Assembly: GCA_036493235.1 (NCBI GenBank)
Contig: DASXQC010000192.1
Span: 332-64,331, forward strand
Source: Reyranella sp.
GTDB taxonomy: Bacteria; Pseudomonadota; Alphaproteobacteria; Reyranellales; Reyranellaceae
Direction of reading: 5' to 3'
DNA length: 64,000 bases
Shown here: positions 8,960 through 18,323 of the stretch, one piece after another
How positions within the stretch are numbered: the stretch's first letter is position 1
How the letters are laid out: each line of letters starts with the position of its first letter
Notes under the pieces: generated by a model
What the model was told of the DNA's origin: nothing
The model's database searches: none
Seen by the model: only the letters and a program-made list of their open reading frames with translations
Program-made: the position numbers and the translations under genes

Positions 8960-10213
8960 CTACTCGCTGGCTCTTCCGCCAGCCGCACGGACTTCCGGAA
9001 GTATTCGCTTCAGCGGGACTTGCCGTTTGAACCCGCCCAGGAAACGGCGCAGCCGCTGCCGGGCAGGATATTCAAACCAGTGAAACGTCACCAAGGAAAG
9101 AAGGATCAAAATCGCCGTGAACAGGATGAACGTCGACTCGTGCATGTAGAACTCGGTGCCCACGCTCAGCCACGTACCGACCAGCACGAACAGGATCTGA
9201 AGCGGAAAGTGGAGCAGATATGTCGAGTAGCTGATGTCTCCAAGGAACTTCAGCCGCCGCATGCCTCTGCTCCATCGTTCCTCGTAGAGCGCCAGCGTCA
9301 GGACGGCCGACGGAAAGGCAAGCGTGGTCCAAACCAGGTACTCGTACAGCGGAGTACTGCCCAAGACCGGCTGTACAGGGAACACCGTCGCACGCGGATC
9401 AAACTCGGCGGACGTCAACCCGATCCAAACCACGCCGGCCACGACGAGTGGAATTCTTCTGTAGACCGCCGGTTGAGCCGAGAGCCATCGGCTGGCGTAA
9501 TACACTAGGGCACCCATGAAGAAGCACCACACGCCGCGACCGAGAGGCGTGTAGACGAGCATGAATGCAAAGCCTGCGACCATGCCCATGGCGGCCCACC
9601 ACGCCGATGAGCGTCGTGTCACGCAGAGGACGAAGAAGAAGTAATAGAGCAGAACCTCGACTGACACCGACCAGATCGGTGCATCGAAGCCATGACCACG
9701 AATGAACCCGAAGTATGGCGCGGCGACCTGGATGCCCCAGTCGGACGCCATGAAAAGATGCAGAATGAAGGTGAAGGCATCGTTGGCCGGATAGATGAAA
9801 TAGCTGCCGGTCGTGCGCAGCATGACGGCCTGCAGGACCGCGACCAGCAAAAGCGTCGCCAAGGCCAGCGGATACAGGCGGGAGAACCGACTGACGAAGA
9901 AATCCCACTTGCCGACCTGCCGGGTCGCGATCGCATTCGAGTAGACGGAATAGAAGATAAATCCGGACAGAATGAAGAATAGATCGACCGCAAGATCGCC
10001 ATGCCTCACGATCCCGGTGAACGCGGCCCCGAATGGAAATCTGGACGCGTCGAGCGTCTCGGGCGGGTTGACTCCGCGATAGAAGAAATGACGCCAGTGG
10101 AACGCCACCACGGTCAGCGCCGCCAGTCCGCGCAGCGCATCGAGCCCGAAATAGCGCTCGGACAGGCCGGCCGACGGTTCGGGCATATCCTGCACTGTCC
10201 CGCTCGCCGTCAT
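8960..10213 (-). CDS. Acyltransferase family 3 (OafA/YrhL-like) membrane O-acyltransferase
   Basis: GLDALRGLAA..H, AVDLFFILSGF, RFSRLYP, WSVSVE and LGDISYSTYLLH motifs; start placed at the ATGA overlap at 10210-10213. Confidence 0.9.
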   Translation of the reverse strand: MTASGTVQDMPEPSAGLSERYFGLDALRGLAALTVVAFHWRHFFYRGVNPPETLDASRFPFGAAFTGIVRHGDLAVDLFFILSGFIFYSVYSNAIATRQVGKWDFFVSRFSRLYPLALATLLLVAVLQAVMLRTTGSYFIYPANDAFTFILHLFMASDWGIQVAAPYFGFIRGHGFDAPIWSVSVEVLLYYFFFVLCVTRRSSAWWAAMGMVAGFAFMLVYTPLGRGVWCFFMGALVYYASRWLSAQPAVYRRIPLVVAGVVWIGLTSAEFDPRATVFPVQPVLGSTPLYEYLVWTTLAFPSAVLTLALYEERWSRGMRRLKFLGDISYSTYLLHFPLQILFVLVGTWLSVGTEFYMHESTFILFTAILILLSLVTFHWFEYPARQRLRRFLGGFKRQVPLKRILPEVRAAGGRASE

Positions 10214-11577
10214 TGCGGCGATGCCCCCAATCCAGGCGGTTCGGCTGGCGGCGCCGACAGCCCGGTCGGCGTTATCCTCGAGCCGCTGTCGGCGAGAACC
10301 GTTACGAGATAGTGGAACCCGGCATAGCCGGTGAACGTCCAGATCGCGAAGGCGCCCAGGCCGCCCAGGAAGATGTTGTCCACCATGTGCATCAGGCAGG
10401 CGAAGCAAAGGTACATGTACAGCGGCAGCCACCTTTCGGGAAGCTGGATCGCCCATCGCTGGACCGTCGTCGCGACAAAGCCATAGATCGCCGCCACGAG
10501 CGGGCCGCCCATGCCAAAGTCATACAGCAACGACGTAAAGCCGGTCGTCGAGATACCCGAGATCATGCCGTACGATGTCGGGTCGAAATACACATCCTCT
10601 CCGGCCAGCACCGAGAGGAAACGCATGAGCAGGAAGAGATGGTAGCGGCCGTAGCCGAGGATTCCTTCGAAAGCGTTGTAGTTGTCGCAATAGGCCAGCC
10701 ACGAATGGGTGAGGTACTGCGACACGTGCGTCCAGGCCTTCACCGCGCCACCAAGCAGGCCCACGCCGTTGGTGGACACAAGAACATCCACGACCCATTG
10801 CGATGGCCTTGCATAGTCGCTGATGGCGGTCAGCATGAAGATGTCCACCATGTCCTGCGTGTCGACACCCGAGGCGAATGTCCGCATCTGGTAGACGGCC
10901 TCCGCGACGAGCAAAACCACCACGCCGCAAAGCAGCAGGGCAAGCTTCGATCGGACGAGCCAGCGCATCGCGTTGGCCGACCGCGCGCACATGAACAGCA
11001 GGACCAGCGTGTGGATCATCGTCGAGCGGCTGCCCTGAACGAGGGTCTCGAACATCGGGTAGAGCGCGAGCACCGACGCGAGCGCAAACGAGTAGGGCCG
11101 TCGCCGATGAGCCCCGGTCAGCCACATCAGCGTGATTGCGATGAGGCCGAATGAAAAGAAAAGGCCACCGATGTAGGCGAACGATGTCAGGCCTTCCGAG
11201 ATGGTCTCGCGGTTTTCCAGCAGGTCCTCGGTGATGGTGAACCCTCGCGCGATGACGCGATCGTAGAACCGCGAGAGCACGCCGACCAAGCCCAGGACGA
11301 GCGTGATGTTGATCATGCGGTCAGCAGGAAGCGACACCGGTTGCACAGCTATCGGCGTTGCTCGCCTGTCCAAGCCGTTCACGATGTAGCAGCCACCGAA
11401 GAACGCGAGCTGACAGGCAGCAGCATAGGCAATCGCCTGCCAGGAGAGCTTACTGAAATCGTATTCAAGCGGCGACGTGAGAAGCAGGACGCCATAAATG
11501 GCGAGGCCGAGTGCGGCGAATCGGGCAGGCGACCACCGGCGCACAAATTCCACGTCCAAACTGGGAACGCGCAACAT
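10210..11577 (-). CDS. wzy: Wzy-like O-antigen/polysaccharide polymerase
   Basis: About 456 codons, multi-TM with GSRS, QYLTHS and TGFTSLLYDFGMGG segments typical of Wzy; ATG 11577 chosen because the ORF-track start 11862 overlaps the divergent gene. Confidence 0.65.
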   Translation of the reverse strand: MLRVPSLDVEFVRRWSPARFAALGLAIYGVLLLTSPLEYDFSKLSWQAIAYAAACQLAFFGGCYIVNGLDRRATPIAVQPVSLPADRMINITLVLGLVGVLSRFYDRVIARGFTITEDLLENRETISEGLTSFAYIGGLFFSFGLIAITLMWLTGAHRRRPYSFALASVLALYPMFETLVQGSRSTMIHTLVLLFMCARSANAMRWLVRSKLALLLCGVVVLLVAEAVYQMRTFASGVDTQDMVDIFMLTAISDYARPSQWVVDVLVSTNGVGLLGGAVKAWTHVSQYLTHSWLAYCDNYNAFEGILGYGRYHLFLLMRFLSVLAGEDVYFDPTSYGMISGISTTGFTSLLYDFGMGGPLVAAIYGFVATTVQRWAIQLPERWLPLYMYLCFACLMHMVDNIFLGGLGAFAIWTFTGYAGFHYLVTVLADSGSRITPTGLSAPPAEPPGLGASPQ

Positions 11578-11745
11578 CCCTGCCCTGCCCCATGGGGTTG
11601 TTACGGCAACTTTCGCCCCCGCGGAACGAGTAGCATAGAGCCCTGGATGACCGACAGTGTCTTCACGAGCGGGTCCGCGACACATCCCCGCGGAGGACGC
11701 CGGATCACCATTTATATTCAACAACATCAATGACATACTGTGCCA

Positions 11746-12468
11746 ATGGCGCAGGTGATCGTGGATGTCCGAAGCTTCTACGAAGCGTCCTACGGTTCGC
11801 AAGGATCCGGCGCCCAGCGACACTACCCGAACGAGGAAATGTGCCGCTTCATGGGCCGGCACTTCTTCCGCATTCCGGCCGACCAGCGCCGGACGGTCCG
11901 GATCCTCGAAGTGGGATGCGGCTCGGGTGCGAATCTCTGGATGATCGGCCGCGAAGGCTTCTCCGCATACGGGCTGGACCTTTCGTCAGAGGCGATCGAG
12001 TTGTGCCGCCGCATGCTGGAGGCGTACGGCACGACCGCTGACCTGAAGGTCGGGAGCATGACCGACACGGGCTATCCTGCGGGCTTCTTCGACGCCGTGG
12101 TCGACGTGTTCTCGTCCTATTGCCTGGATAACCACGGACATTCGGCCTTCCTCGACGAGGTGGCCCGCATCCTGAAGCCGGGCGGACGGTTCTTCTCCTA
12201 CCTGCCGAGCCAGGAGTCGGATGCCTTCAAGAACCCGGGGCCGTCGACGCGCGTCGACGACAGCACCCTGGATGGAATCCAGCGTCCCGATGCGCCCTAC
12301 TTCGGCAATTTCTATTCTTTCAGGTTCACGACGCCCGATGCCTACAAGGCCGATCTCGGCCGCCGGCACTTCACCATCGACGCAATGGAACGGGTGAGCC
12401 GTACCTACCGGCAGACGGCTGAATATTTCGAGTTCGTCGTCGTCGACGCAGTCCACCGCGCTCCATGA
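11746..12468 (+). CDS. Class I SAM-dependent methyltransferase
   Basis: ILEVGCGSGAN, GLDLS, FDAVVD and ILKPGG motifs; N-terminal YPNEE. Confidence 0.85.
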   Translation: MAQVIVDVRSFYEASYGSQGSGAQRHYPNEEMCRFMGRHFFRIPADQRRTVRILEVGCGSGANLWMIGREGFSAYGLDLSSEAIELCRRMLEAYGTTADLKVGSMTDTGYPAGFFDAVVDVFSSYCLDNHGHSAFLDEVARILKPGGRFFSYLPSQESDAFKNPGPSTRVDDSTLDGIQRPDAPYFGNFYSFRFTTPDAYKADLGRRHFTIDAMERVSRTYRQTAEYFEFVVVDAVHRAP

Positions 12469-13481
12469 AAGTCGTCGAGCAGACCGATCCGGAGTTCGAC
12501 GAAGTCTGGGAAGCGCTGTTGCGCGACCATGACAACCCGGCGGCACATATCTCGCAATCGCAGCTCGACTACCGACGCCACTACATGGCCGAGCAGATGG
12601 ACGGTCGCTTTTGCGCGGTCGTCACCGAAGGTGGCCGGCCGGTCTGCGGCAGCAGCTTCGAGATCCTGAAAGGCCAGAACGGCGAGCGGCTACTGGATGC
12701 CGTCGAGACACCGAGCGCGCTGATCGTCGCCCACGGCGCGAAACCCAGCCTGTACAAGGGCGCAGAGGCGCTGATGCGCGAACGCATCGAGCGGCTCGCG
12801 CGCGAAACGCAGGCGAACCGCCTGGTCTTCCGCGACCAGCTCGTTCATGGCGGGCTGTCCGCGCTGTCGTTGTGGGCGCTGGGCAAAGGCGCGTCACATG
12901 CCGTGCAGCTAATGCAGGTCATCGACCTGACGCGCGGTGACGCCTGGCTGTGGAGCGACCTGACCAAGAGCTGCCGATGGGGCGTCAACTGGGGCCGCAA
13001 GAACATGACGGTCAAGGTCGACCGCGAGCCGCAATCCGTCGAGGAACTGCGACGCCTTCACCTCGCCGCCGCGGGGTTCGCGACCCGATCGGCCGAGACC
13101 TGGGCCATCCAGGAACGCCAGGTGCGGGACGGCGAGGCCTTCGTGGTCACGGCCGCGCTGAACGGTGCGGTCGTCTCCGCCGCGCTTTTCATCTGCTCGA
13201 AAAGCGATTGCCTCTACGGCGTCAGCGCGTCCGACCGGTCGCTGTTCGAGAAGCCGATCGGCCATGTCGTGCTGTGGGAAGCAGTTCAGCATGCCCGCGA
13301 GCGCGGCTGCCTGCGCTTCACGACCGGCCTCCAGGTGTGGCGGCACACTCTGCCACGGCTCGCTGCGGTCACGCCCAAAGAAGCCAATATTGCGAAGTTC
13401 AAGAGAAGCTTCGGCGGCAAGACGGTGCCCGAAATGGTGATCGATCTCGCGATGCCCCTTCTCTCGCCCCGTCGCTGCTGA
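12465..13481 (+). CDS. GNAT/FemAB-like acyltransferase
   Basis: IDLT..LWSDLTKSCRWGV and YGVSASDR..GHVVLWEAV..A..GC..F..KFKRSFGG pattern of FemAB/Acetyltransf_6 proteins; ATGA overlap with the methyltransferase. Confidence 0.7.
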   Translation: MKVVEQTDPEFDEVWEALLRDHDNPAAHISQSQLDYRRHYMAEQMDGRFCAVVTEGGRPVCGSSFEILKGQNGERLLDAVETPSALIVAHGAKPSLYKGAEALMRERIERLARETQANRLVFRDQLVHGGLSALSLWALGKGASHAVQLMQVIDLTRGDAWLWSDLTKSCRWGVNWGRKNMTVKVDREPQSVEELRRLHLAAAGFATRSAETWAIQERQVRDGEAFVVTAALNGAVVSAALFICSKSDCLYGVSASDRSLFEKPIGHVVLWEAVQHARERGCLRFTTGLQVWRHTLPRLAAVTPKEANIAKFKRSFGGKTVPEMVIDLAMPLLSPRRC

Positions 13482-13528
13482 GCGGCATCAAATTCCCCAA
13501 TGCCGCGAACATCCTCGAACTTTCCCTG

Positions 13529-13578
13529 CTGTCGCCGGACCAACACCGGCGGCCTGTCGCCGGACGAAAGCCGGCGGT
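13529..13578. repeat. Two tandem 25-nt imperfect direct repeats, each able to form a hairpin
   Basis: CTGTCGCCGGAC-CAACA-CCGGCGGC (13529-13553) and CTGTCGCCGGAC-GAAAG-CCGGCGGT (13554-13578), 21/25 identical; intergenic, upstream of pseB. Confidence 0.8.
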
Positions 13579-13700
13579 CCGGCGCGGAAGCATCGCCGCT
13601 TTTGCCTGTCGCTCATGCGCGCTAAAATGCTAGTTGCACGTCGGATACCGGCCCGGCATACGGGCGCTACACCATGGGACATCAGCGTTAAGCCGGTGAG

Positions 13701-14717
13701 GTGCTTGCCTTGAGTGCTGAGGCTTTAAGGGATTCCGTCGTCCTGGTGACCGGCGGCACGGGGTCGTTCGGCCGCCGTTTCGTGAAATACGCTTTGGAAT
13801 GCGGAGTACGGCGCATCGTCGTGTTCTCGCGTGACGAGCTGAAGCAGTTCGAACTCGCGCAGAAGATCACTGATCCGCGCGTGCGCTGGTTCCTGGGCGA
13901 CGTGCGTGACGAGGCGCGCCTGCGACGCGCCCTGCACGGCGTCGACTATATCGTGCATGCTGCGGCGCTGAAGCAGGTACCCGCCGCCGAATACAATCCG
14001 ATGGAGTGCATCAAGACCAACGTGCTTGGTGCCGAGAACCTGATCAACGCCAGTATCGACGCAAAAGTTAAGCGTGTGATCGCGCTCTCGACCGACAAGG
14101 CGGTCAATCCGATCAACCTCTACGGCGCCACCAAGCTCTGCGCCGACAAGCTGTTCGTCGCCGCGAACCATCTGAGCGGCGCCGGCGGCACTCGCTTCGC
14201 CGCCGTGCGCTACGGCAATGTCGTAGGCTCGCGCGGTTCCGTCATTCCCTTCTTCATGGCGCATCGCAAACATGGTTGGTTGCCGATCACCGACGAGCGC
14301 ATGACCCGCTTCTGGATCACCCTCGACCAGGGTGTGAAGTTCGTGGCCTCGTGTCTCGACGCGATGGATGGCGGCGAGATCTTCGTTCCGAAGGTCGCCA
14401 CCATGCGGCTCGTAGACCTGGCGGGCGCCATAGCCCCTGAGGCCGAGCTGCGCAACGTCGGCATCCGCCCCGGCGAGAAACTTCACGAGATCCTGGTGCC
14501 GAAAGACGAGGCACGCAACACGCTCGATCACGGCAGCTTGTACGTAATCCGTCCGGCGATGCAGCAATGGACCAGTTCGACGCCTCTCACCGTGGCTGGC
14601 GTGTCGGGTGAGCAGGTCGACGACGAATTCGAATATGCCAGCGACTCCGCTGGCCAGCACCTCGACGCCGCGGCTCTGCAGGCGATGATCGCCCAGAGCA
14701 CTTCCGACTACGACTGA
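13701..14717 (+). CDS. pseB: UDP-N-acetylglucosamine 4,6-dehydratase (inverting)
   Basis: TGGTGSFG, FSRDELKQ, HAAALKQVPAAEYNP, STDKAVNPINLYGATK, RYGNVVGSRGSV and MTRFWITL motifs. Confidence 0.95.
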   Translation: MLALSAEALRDSVVLVTGGTGSFGRRFVKYALECGVRRIVVFSRDELKQFELAQKITDPRVRWFLGDVRDEARLRRALHGVDYIVHAAALKQVPAAEYNPMECIKTNVLGAENLINASIDAKVKRVIALSTDKAVNPINLYGATKLCADKLFVAANHLSGAGGTRFAAVRYGNVVGSRGSVIPFFMAHRKHGWLPITDERMTRFWITLDQGVKFVASCLDAMDGGEIFVPKVATMRLVDLAGAIAPEAELRNVGIRPGEKLHEILVPKDEARNTLDHGSLYVIRPAMQQWTSSTPLTVAGVSGEQVDDEFEYASDSAGQHLDAAALQAMIAQSTSDYD

Positions 14718-14720
14718 TCG

Positions 14721-15908
14721 ATGGCCGAACGCTTCCTCTCCTACGGCCGCCATCTCGTCGACGATGACGATGTCGCCGCCGTGGTGGAGGTGTTGCGCGG
14801 CGAGATGCTCACCACCGGCCCGGCGGTTGAGCGCTTCGAGCGCACCGTCGCCGAACGAGTCGGTGCCCGGCACGCCGTTGCCGTCAATTCCGGGACGTCG
14901 GCCCTACACATTGCGTGCCTTGCCGCCCGCATCGGCGCCGGCTCGGCGACCGTTACCGCGCCGATCACCTTCGTCGCCACCGCCAATTGCGTGCGGTTGT
15001 GCGGAGGCACGGTCCATCTCGCCGACATCGACCGCCATAGCCTGTCGCTGTCGCCGGCCACGCTGGAGCGGACGCTTGCGGCACATCCTTCGGTGAAGGC
15101 GGTAATGCCGGTACATTTCGGCGGGTTGGCCTCTCATGCCGCCGAGCTCCGCAAGATCGCCGGTAACCGGCTACTGATAGAGGACGCCGCCCATTCGTTC
15201 GGTGGCACTTACGACGACGGCCAGCCGGTCGGCAGTGGCGCCTATGCCGACATGTCGGTCTTCTCCTTCCACCCGGTGAAGCTGGTCACCACGGGCGAAG
15301 GCGGCACGGTCACCACCAATGACGATGAGCTCGCGCGCCTGCTGCGGCTGTTCCGCAGCCACGGCATCGAGCGCGCCCCCGCGCGCCTGGTCGCGCTGGC
15401 CGACGAGGATACCGATAGCGCCCCACCCTGGTACTACGAGCAGCAGGAGCTCGGCCTCAACTACCGCATGACCGATCTGCAGGCGGCGCTCGGCGTGTCG
15501 CAGATCGGCAAACTCGACCGCTACCTCGCACGCCGGCGCGAGATCGCTGCTTACTACGACGAGCAATGGCGCGGCCTGCCCCACATCGTCATCCCGCAAT
15601 CGGCACCCGGCGAACGCACGCGCTCGGCACTGCATCTCTACGTCGTCCGTATCGACTATGGCGGCCTCGGCATGACGCGACAGAAAGTCATGGAGGAGCT
15701 GCGCAAGAGCGGCGTCGGCAGCCAGGTCCACTACATCCCGGTCTACCGCCAGCCCTACCATCGCGACGGCGTCGACCGCGCGGCATTCCCCGAGAGCGAG
15801 TCCTACTACAGCGAATGCCTGTCGATTCCGCTCCATCCCGGCCTCACCGAGGCCGAGGTCGAGCGCGTGGTCGGCGCGGTCCGCACCCTCTGCCTGCGCA
15901 ACGGCTGA
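14721..15908 (+). CDS. pseC: UDP-4-amino-4,6-dideoxy-N-acetyl-beta-L-altrosamine transaminase
   Basis: DegT-family motifs EDAAHS, FSFHPVKLVTTGEGG, PWYYEQQELGLNYRMTDLQAALG and QVHYIPV; follows pseB. Confidence 0.93.
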   Translation: MAERFLSYGRHLVDDDDVAAVVEVLRGEMLTTGPAVERFERTVAERVGARHAVAVNSGTSALHIACLAARIGAGSATVTAPITFVATANCVRLCGGTVHLADIDRHSLSLSPATLERTLAAHPSVKAVMPVHFGGLASHAAELRKIAGNRLLIEDAAHSFGGTYDDGQPVGSGAYADMSVFSFHPVKLVTTGEGGTVTTNDDELARLLRLFRSHGIERAPARLVALADEDTDSAPPWYYEQQELGLNYRMTDLQAALGVSQIGKLDRYLARRREIAAYYDEQWRGLPHIVIPQSAPGERTRSALHLYVVRIDYGGLGMTRQKVMEELRKSGVGSQVHYIPVYRQPYHRDGVDRAAFPESESYYSECLSIPLHPGLTEAEVERVVGAVRTLCLRNG

Positions 15909-15917
15909 GGCACTCGT

Positions 15918-16967
15918 ATGCTGCCCGTCCTCGAGATCGCAGGCCGCAAGATCGGCACCGGGCACCCGCCCTACGTCGTATGCGAGCTGTCGGGCAATCA
16001 CAACGGCAACCTCGATCGCGCCCTGCAGCTGATCGATGCCGCGGCGGCGACCGGCGCCGACGCGATCAAGATACAGACCTACACGCCGGATACGCTCACG
16101 ATCGATTCCGACCGCCCCGAGTTCAAGCTCAAGGGCGGGCTATGGGACAACAAGACCCTGTACGAGCTCTACGGCGAGGCGCAGACGCCCTACGAATGGC
16201 ATCCTGCCCTGTTCGCGCGGGCGAAGGCGCATGGCGTCACGCTGTTCTCAACGCCATTCGACGAGACGGCAATCGATCTGCTCGCAAGCCTCGACGCGCC
16301 GGCCTACAAGATCGCCTCGTTCGAGGCGATCGACCTGTCGTTGATCGAGCGGGTCGCGCGGCAGCGCAAGCCGATGATCATCTCGACCGGCATGGCTAAC
16401 CTCGCCGAGATCCAGGACGCGGTGACGGCCGCGCGCGATGCCGGTGCGCCGGGCATCGCTCTGCTCCACTGCACGAGCGCCTATCCCGCGCCGGTGACCG
16501 ACGCCAATGTCCGCACCATCCCGCATCTCGCCTCGGCGTTCGGCGTGGTCGGCGGGCTATCGGATCACACACCAGGCACCGCCGTCGCGGTCGCGGCCAT
16601 CGCCCTGGGCGCCTGCATCATCGAGAAGCACTTTACCCTGTCGCGTACCGATGGCGGACCTGATGCCGCCTTCTCGCTCGAGCCCGAGGAGTTCAAGCGC
16701 CTGGTCGACGACTGCCGCGCTGCCTGGTCGGCGCTGGGCGACATCACCTACGACCTGCAGGGCAGCGAGCGCGGCAACAAGGCGTTCCGCCGCTCGATCT
16801 ACGCTGTCGCGACGATCGAGGCCGGCGAGGCCTTCTCGACCCAGAACGTCCGCTCGATAAGGCCGGGCTTCGGCCTGCCGCCAAAGGCCCTGCCTGGCCT
16901 GATCGGCCGGCGCGCCCGCCGCCGCATCGAGCGCGGCGAGCCGATCTTGTCGTCTCTGGTGGAATGA
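15918..16967 (+). CDS. pseI: Pseudaminic acid synthase
   Basis: ELSGNHNG, KIQTYTPDTLT, YKIASFE, CTSAYP, GLSDHT and IEKHFTL motifs plus a C-terminal SAF/AFP-like domain (RRSIY..RPGFGL). Confidence 0.93.
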   Translation: MLPVLEIAGRKIGTGHPPYVVCELSGNHNGNLDRALQLIDAAAATGADAIKIQTYTPDTLTIDSDRPEFKLKGGLWDNKTLYELYGEAQTPYEWHPALFARAKAHGVTLFSTPFDETAIDLLASLDAPAYKIASFEAIDLSLIERVARQRKPMIISTGMANLAEIQDAVTAARDAGAPGIALLHCTSAYPAPVTDANVRTIPHLASAFGVVGGLSDHTPGTAVAVAAIALGACIIEKHFTLSRTDGGPDAAFSLEPEEFKRLVDDCRAAWSALGDITYDLQGSERGNKAFRRSIYAVATIEAGEAFSTQNVRSIRPGFGLPPKALPGLIGRRARRRIERGEPILSSLVE

Positions 16968-16991
16968 CCTGACGCTTTCCGGGGAACCCTG

Positions 16992-18281
16992 ATGTCCGTT
17001 CGTTACGCCCGATCCGAGGAGCTTCTGGCGCGGGCCCGCAAGACGATCCCGCTGGGCGCGCAGACCTTCTCCAAGTCGGTCACGCAATATCCGCTGGGCG
17101 TGTCCCCCTACTTCGCCGAACGCGCCAAGGGCAGCCGGCTGTGGGATGCCGACGGCAACGAGTACATCGACTTCATCAATGCGCTCGCCTCGGTGACGCT
17201 GGGTTACTGCGATCCCGACGTCGACGGCGCAGTCCGCGCCCAGCTCGAGAAGGGCACGATCTACTCGCTCTCCCATGTGCTCGAGGCCGAGGTCGCGGAG
17301 ATGATCTGCGAGCTGGTGCCGTCGGCCGAGATGGTGCGCTTCGGCAAGAACGGCTCGGATGCCACCTCGGGTGCGATCCGCATCGCCCGCGCCTTCACCG
17401 GCCGCGACCACGTCCTGTCGCTCGGCTATCATGGTTGGCAGGACTGGTACGTCGGCGCGACGCTGCGCAACAAAGGCGTGCCGGCCTCAACCTCTGCGCT
17501 GACCCATGCCCTGCCCTACAACGATCTCCCTGCGCTCGAAGCCAAGCTGGCCGAGCTCGACGGCAAGGTCGCCGCCATCATCATGGAGCCGATGACGTTC
17601 GGCACCACCAAGCCGGGCTACCTCGAGGGCGTACGCGCCGCGGCGACCAAGACCGGCGCCATCCTGGTGTTCGACGAGACCATCACCGGCTTCCGCGTCG
17701 CCATGGGCGGCGCGCAGGAACATTTCGGCGTCACGCCCGACCTCACCACCCTCGGCAAAGGCGTCGCCAACGGCTATCCGCTGTCGGTGGTGTGCGGCCG
17801 GCGCGACGTCATGATGGAAATGGAGGAGGTGTTCTTCTCCTTCACCATGGGCGGCGAGACCCTGTCGCTGGCGGCGGCGCTGGCCACCATGAAGAAGCTG
17901 AAGACCCAGCCGATTTTGAAGTCGATCGCCACGGTCGGCGAGCGGATGTCCGCGGGCATCCGCGAGCGCATCGAGCGACACAAGGTCGGCGGCTTCATCT
18001 CCTTCTCAGGCCACCCGGCCTGGAACTACCTCGCGATCGGCGACGCGCCGGGCACGACCTCCTGGGAACTCAAGACGCTGTTCGAGCAGGAAGTGTTCGA
18101 GCGCGGGATCCTGACGCTCGGCGCACACAATATGAGCTACGCCCATACCAACGAGGACGTCGACCACCTGCTGCAAGTCTACGATGAGGTCTTCGCATTC
18201 CTCGCCAAGGCCGTGGCCAACGGCGCCGTCCGCCAATATTTGCGGTGCGAACCGCTTGTCCCGCTGTTCCGCGTGCGATAA
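16992..18281 (+). CDS. Class III PLP aminotransferase (GSA-aminomutase-like)
   Basis: GAQTFSKS, WDADGNEYID, RFGKNGSDAT, GYHGW, FDETITGFR and PDLTTLGKG (PLP lysine). Confidence 0.9.
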   Translation: MSVRYARSEELLARARKTIPLGAQTFSKSVTQYPLGVSPYFAERAKGSRLWDADGNEYIDFINALASVTLGYCDPDVDGAVRAQLEKGTIYSLSHVLEAEVAEMICELVPSAEMVRFGKNGSDATSGAIRIARAFTGRDHVLSLGYHGWQDWYVGATLRNKGVPASTSALTHALPYNDLPALEAKLAELDGKVAAIIMEPMTFGTTKPGYLEGVRAAATKTGAILVFDETITGFRVAMGGAQEHFGVTPDLTTLGKGVANGYPLSVVCGRRDVMMEMEEVFFSFTMGGETLSLAAALATMKKLKTQPILKSIATVGERMSAGIRERIERHKVGGFISFSGHPAWNYLAIGDAPGTTSWELKTLFEQEVFERGILTLGAHNMSYAHTNEDVDHLLQVYDEVFAFLAKAVANGAVRQYLRCEPLVPLFRVR

Positions 18282-18323
18282 CGCCCAGTCCGCGAACCAT
18301 CCGGAGCCCAGCAGCCCAACCCC

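Noticed and set aside
13529-13578. Mini-CRISPR interpretation of the 25-nt repeats
   Set aside because: Only two adjacent units, no spacer and no cas genes
16992-18281. Calling this gene hemL (tetrapyrrole synthesis)
   Set aside because: The GAQTFSKS N-terminus and position between pseI and a cytidylyltransferase indicate the glycan-associated subfamily
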